NCBI GenBank assembly: GCA_016215105.1
Contig: JACRLJ010000022.1
Location: 3,407-67,406 of the forward strand
Reading direction: 5' to 3'
Length of the DNA: 64,000 nt
From: Candidatus Hydrogenedentota bacterium
GTDB lineage: Bacteria > Hydrogenedentota > Hydrogenedentia > Hydrogenedentales > SLHB01
Shown: in pieces, positions 60,975-64,000 of the stretch
How positions within the stretch are numbered: the stretch's first letter is position 1
Layout: every line of letters starts with the position of its first letter
Program-made: the position numbers and the translations under genes
Notes under the pieces: model-generated
Told to the model about the DNA's origin: nothing
The model's database searches: none
The model's input: only the letters and a program-made list of their open reading frames with translations

Positions 60975-62012
60975 ATGAGTTTACCCGCATTGAGAGCAGG
61001 CGTATGCGATGTCTTGGGACGCCGCCTGCACGATCTTCGAATTTCGGTGATTGATATGTGCAATCTCCGATGCACGTACTGTATGCCTGCAGGCGCGTAC
61101 CACGAGCGCTTTGCATTTCTGAAAGAAGAAGAGCGCCTCACTCTTGAAGAGATTGCCAGGTTGACGCGCTTGTTCGCCACGCTTGGTGTGTCCAAGGCGC
61201 GTATTACGGGTGGCGAACCCTTGCTGCGCAAGGATCTGCCCCGGCTCATCGCGATGCTCAGGGAAATTGACGGAGTCGGGGACCTTGCCTTGACGACGAA
61301 TGGAGTCTTACTGGCTCAGCACGCTGAAGCCTTGAAAGAGGCCGGGCTGGAACGAGTGACCGTGAGTTTGGATACCCTGGACGAGCGCGTGTTCGATGCG
61401 ATGAGCGGGCGCTCGGGACGATACTCGGCGGTGCTTGAAGGAATCGCGGCGGCCGAGGCCGTAGGGTTGGCGCCCATCAAGATCAATGCGGTGGTCGAGC
61501 GCGGTATCAATGACCATACCGTCATGGACCTGGTGGAGCGGTTTCGCGGCACAGGACACGTGGTCCGATTCATCGAGTTCATGGACGTGGGAAACTGCAA
61601 TCACTGGGGCCGGGAACAAGTCGTCGCTTCGCGCGAGATATTGGAGATGATTCAAGAGCGGTATCCCCTGCGCGCGCTGGAGGAGAATTACCACGGCGAA
61701 GTGGCGTCCCGATATGAGTTTTGCGACGGCGCGGGCGAGATTGGGTTCATATCGTCCGTGACCGAACCGTTCTGCGGAAGTTGTACGCGCGCGCGTCTCT
61801 CCACAGATGGTAGACTTCTCACGTGCCTATTCGCCGGCTCGGGCATAGATTTGCGCGGCCCAATGCGGGACGGCGCCACGGATGATGATTTGCTAGGTCT
61901 GATCGCGGGAGTGTGGGGGAACCGCACTGACCGGTATTCTGAACTGCGCGCCACGTTGGCGCCGAGCGACGGATCAAAGCGGAAGATTGAGATGTACCAG
62001 ATTGGGGGATGA
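60975..62012 (+). CDS. moaA: GTP 3',8-cyclase MoaA
   Basis: LRISVIDMCNLRCTYCMP radical SAM cluster. The C-terminal FCGSCTRARLSTDGRLLTCLF contains the second cluster. Confidence 0.95.
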   Translation: MSLPALRAGVCDVLGRRLHDLRISVIDMCNLRCTYCMPAGAYHERFAFLKEEERLTLEEIARLTRLFATLGVSKARITGGEPLLRKDLPRLIAMLREIDGVGDLALTTNGVLLAQHAEALKEAGLERVTVSLDTLDERVFDAMSGRSGRYSAVLEGIAAAEAVGLAPIKINAVVERGINDHTVMDLVERFRGTGHVVRFIEFMDVGNCNHWGREQVVASREILEMIQERYPLRALEENYHGEVASRYEFCDGAGEIGFISSVTEPFCGSCTRARLSTDGRLLTCLFAGSGIDLRGPMRDGATDDDLLGLIAGVWGNRTDRYSELRATLAPSDGSKRKIEMYQIGG

Positions 62013-62016
62013 GACC

Positions 62017-62493
62017 ATGCTTTCCCATATAACACCGGAAGGCCAGCCCGGGATGGTGGACGTCGGCGCGAAATCGATCACGCATCGAACGGCGCACGCG
62101 CGCGCAGTGGTGACATTACCGGAATCCCTGACAGCGCAATTGGCCGATGGAGAGATTCGCGGGAAAAAGGGTCCGGTGTTTCAAACCGCGATCATCGCGG
62201 GAGTGATGGCGGCGAAAAGGACATCGGAGTTAATCCCATTATGTCACCCGATTGGATTGGATGACTGCAAGATCGAGATTCACCTGAACGAGCGTGGTGA
62301 CGCGGTGATCGATTGCCGCACTTCGGTGCATCATAAGACGGGCGTGGAAATGGAAGCGATGACCGGCGCAACAGTGGCGGCGTTGACGATTTACGATATG
62401 TGTAAGGCTGTATCGCACGGAATCGTAATCAAGGAGATTCATCTCGTTGAAAAGCGAGGCGGAAAAAGTGACTACCAACTGCGACAAGACTGA
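62017..62493 (+). CDS. moaC: Cyclic pyranopterin monophosphate synthase MoaC
   Basis: MLSHITPEGQPGMVDVGAKSITHRTA...LIPLCHP...GVEMEAMTGATVAALTIYDMCKA. Confidence 0.95.
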   Translation: MLSHITPEGQPGMVDVGAKSITHRTAHARAVVTLPESLTAQLADGEIRGKKGPVFQTAIIAGVMAAKRTSELIPLCHPIGLDDCKIEIHLNERGDAVIDCRTSVHHKTGVEMEAMTGATVAALTIYDMCKAVSHGIVIKEIHLVEKRGGKSDYQLRQD

Positions 62494-63580
62494 GGCGAAG
62501 AGCCGAAGACCCGCGTATCTGGTGAATCCCTACGAGATTGCTTTTCGTGGATTCTGGGGCACGGACTGGATGAGTCTCTCGCAGGAGTTGGCGCTGGACC
62601 TAGGGAGCGTCAAGGTTGCGGTGGTGATTCACGGCGAGGCGAAGGGGGCTAAAGAAGTGGCGCCGGACTACACGTTTGCGCGGTTAGGCCAGCACGTGCG
62701 CCGGACGGTGTCGTCGGCCGTAGGTCAAGAGTTGGTCCGTTCCCAAGTTATCTTGGACGCGGACGTGGCCTTCATAGACAGTCGAACCGGCCTGGGTATC
62801 GCCCAGGTCGTTTGCGCCCACGCGTCCGATCCCGGCGATACGAATGTAATCGCCTACGTCGGAGGCGATGAGTCGGAGGAAGACTTTGTTGCGCCGCCTG
62901 GCGTTCCGTTCTGCAATATTGAGAAGAGTATTGCCCGGCTGAGGACGCACATCCTGGCGCATTTTGAAGCCGTTGCGAAGACAGTTCCGTTATACGGCCT
63001 GGTGCTGGCTGGCGGAAAGAGCACCCGAATGAACCGGGACAAGGCGAGTCTCACGTATCACGGGAAGCCGCAGGTTGAACACTGTTACGATTTGCTGTCC
63101 GGGTTTTGCGCCAAAGTGTTTGTCTCGAATCGAGTGGAACAAGCGAATGACACCGGACAGGGGGCGTTTCCGCAGATTCATGACACCTTCTTGGACATGG
63201 GGCCTCTGGGCGGAATCTTGTCCGCGCAGCGAGCGCACCCGCATGCGGCGTGGCTGGCGCTGGCCTGCGACTTGCCCTTTGTGGATGAGAGTGCTATCGA
63301 GACGCTGCTAAAGGGGCGAAACCCGTATAAGCTGGCGACGGCGTTCATTAGCGAAAGAGACGGCCTTCCTGAGCCGCTTTGCGCCGTGTACGAGCCGAAG
63401 AGCGTGTTTCGGCTGCTGCATTTTCTGGGGCTGGGTTACAACTGTCCGCGGAAAGTTCTGATCAATTCTGACACATGTTTGCTGCGGCAACCCAGTGCGC
63501 GCGTGATGACCAATGTAAACTCACCGGACGAGTACGCGGAAGCGTGCCGTTCGCTGGCGGCGGAAGGAAGTGCAACGTGA
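62468..63580 (+). CDS. mobA: Molybdenum cofactor guanylyltransferase MobA with ~170-aa unrecognised N-terminal domain
   Basis: The C-terminal half LYGLVLAGGKSTRMNRDK...GPLGGILSA...LACDLPF is MobA. Start uncertain (GTG 62468, TTG 62447 or a later ATG). Confidence 0.7.
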   Translation: MTTNCDKTEAKSRRPAYLVNPYEIAFRGFWGTDWMSLSQELALDLGSVKVAVVIHGEAKGAKEVAPDYTFARLGQHVRRTVSSAVGQELVRSQVILDADVAFIDSRTGLGIAQVVCAHASDPGDTNVIAYVGGDESEEDFVAPPGVPFCNIEKSIARLRTHILAHFEAVAKTVPLYGLVLAGGKSTRMNRDKASLTYHGKPQVEHCYDLLSGFCAKVFVSNRVEQANDTGQGAFPQIHDTFLDMGPLGGILSAQRAHPHAAWLALACDLPFVDESAIETLLKGRNPYKLATAFISERDGLPEPLCAVYEPKSVFRLLHFLGLGYNCPRKVLINSDTCLLRQPSARVMTNVNSPDEYAEACRSLAAEGSAT

Positions 63581-63834
63581 TGAAGGAACACGGGCGCACG
63601 GTGCACGTGCACTATTACGCCCTATTGCGTGAACAGAGCGGGATTTCGGATGAGACGGTACACACTGAAGCCGAGACCGTGCTGGACTTATTCGTGGAGT
63701 TGAATGAACGGTATCATTTCGCGGCGCGCCCGGAACGCTTGAAGGTGGCTCTTAACGCCGAGTTCAGGAATTGGGACGACAAGATCAGTCACGGTGATAC
63801 CATCGTATTCTTACCACCGGTGGCGGGAGGCTGA
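63580..63834 (+). CDS. moaD: Molybdopterin synthase sulfur-carrier subunit MoaD
   Basis: 84-aa ThiS/MoaD fold ending in ...FLPPVAGG. The ATG overlaps the previous TGA. Confidence 0.85.
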   Translation: MKEHGRTVHVHYYALLREQSGISDETVHTEAETVLDLFVELNERYHFAARPERLKVALNAEFRNWDDKISHGDTIVFLPPVAGG

Positions 63835-63837
63835 ACG

Positions 63838-64000
63838 ATGTTCCTGCTGAGCGCTGAACGTATCGATACCGCACAGTTGAAGCGCGCGCTCGAGAATCCT
63901 GGCGCCGGAGCGTGCGTCACCTTTGAAGGCTGGGTCCGCAATAATAATGAAGGCAAGACCGTATTGCGCCTGGAGTACGAGGCGTATGAAGATCTCGCGT
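63838..64000 (+). CDS. moaE: Molybdopterin synthase catalytic subunit MoaE (5-prime part, runs off the right edge)
   Basis: MFLLSAERIDTAQLKRALENPGAGACVTFEGWVRNNNEGKTVLRLEYEAYEDLA matches the MoaE N-terminus. Confidence 0.85.
   Translation, partial: MFLLSAERIDTAQLKRALENPGAGACVTFEGWVRNNNEGKTVLRLEYEAYEDLA

Noticed and set aside
1-64000. Prophage, integrative element or defence island
   Set aside because: I saw no integrase, transposase, phage structural genes, restriction-modification, toxin-antitoxin or other defence hallmarks. The AT-rich islands at 37335..37700 and 42725..43338 are regulatory or RNA regions rather than island borders, as far as I can tell.

Overview
GC-rich bacterial chromosomal window with about 65 supportable CDS. 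I saw no rRNA, canonical tRNA, CRISPR array, transposase or integrase. All calls come from reading the translations and the DNA by eye; nothing was searched against a database.

Content, left to right:
- small membrane and stress proteins, plus a pair of W-x-P-G-Y-W repeat secreted proteins
- a signalling block: a hybrid PAS kinase with a triplicated PAS unit, then two paralogous receiver proteins with GGDEF and class III cyclase outputs
- a B12-binding radical SAM gene
- a KaiA-less kaiC-kaiB-kaiB-PAS kinase-OmpR regulator operon
- a Met-rich periplasmic protein and a rubrerythrin
- a protein with six Ig-like repeats ending in an ice-binding-like (DUF3494) domain
- a PEP-CTERM protein
- a run of stress proteins: CsbD x2, an orphan PilT, and DUF883/YqjD-like, YqjE-like, DUF3618-like and entericidin genes
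- an AI-2E transporter with an extra C-terminal domain
- a promoter-to-terminator tRNA-like RNA locus in an AT-rich island
- a minus-strand BLUF-TerC-voltage-gated channel-SDR/DUF2867 cluster, divergent from a CarH/LitR-type B12 photoregulator plus a SOUL protein
- a 1767-aa secreted giant
- a glycan-utilisation group
- a molybdenum cofactor operon

The strongest non-coding signal is a set of arrays of 2-5 direct repeats matching xTTT[A/G]C at exact 11-bp phasing. Each array points toward the downstream gene. They sit in front of at least nine transcription units, including kaiC, which suggests an undescribed regulon. A CTAG-bounded MITE-like repeat also occurs in five copies, two of which supply the stop codon of the adjacent gene.
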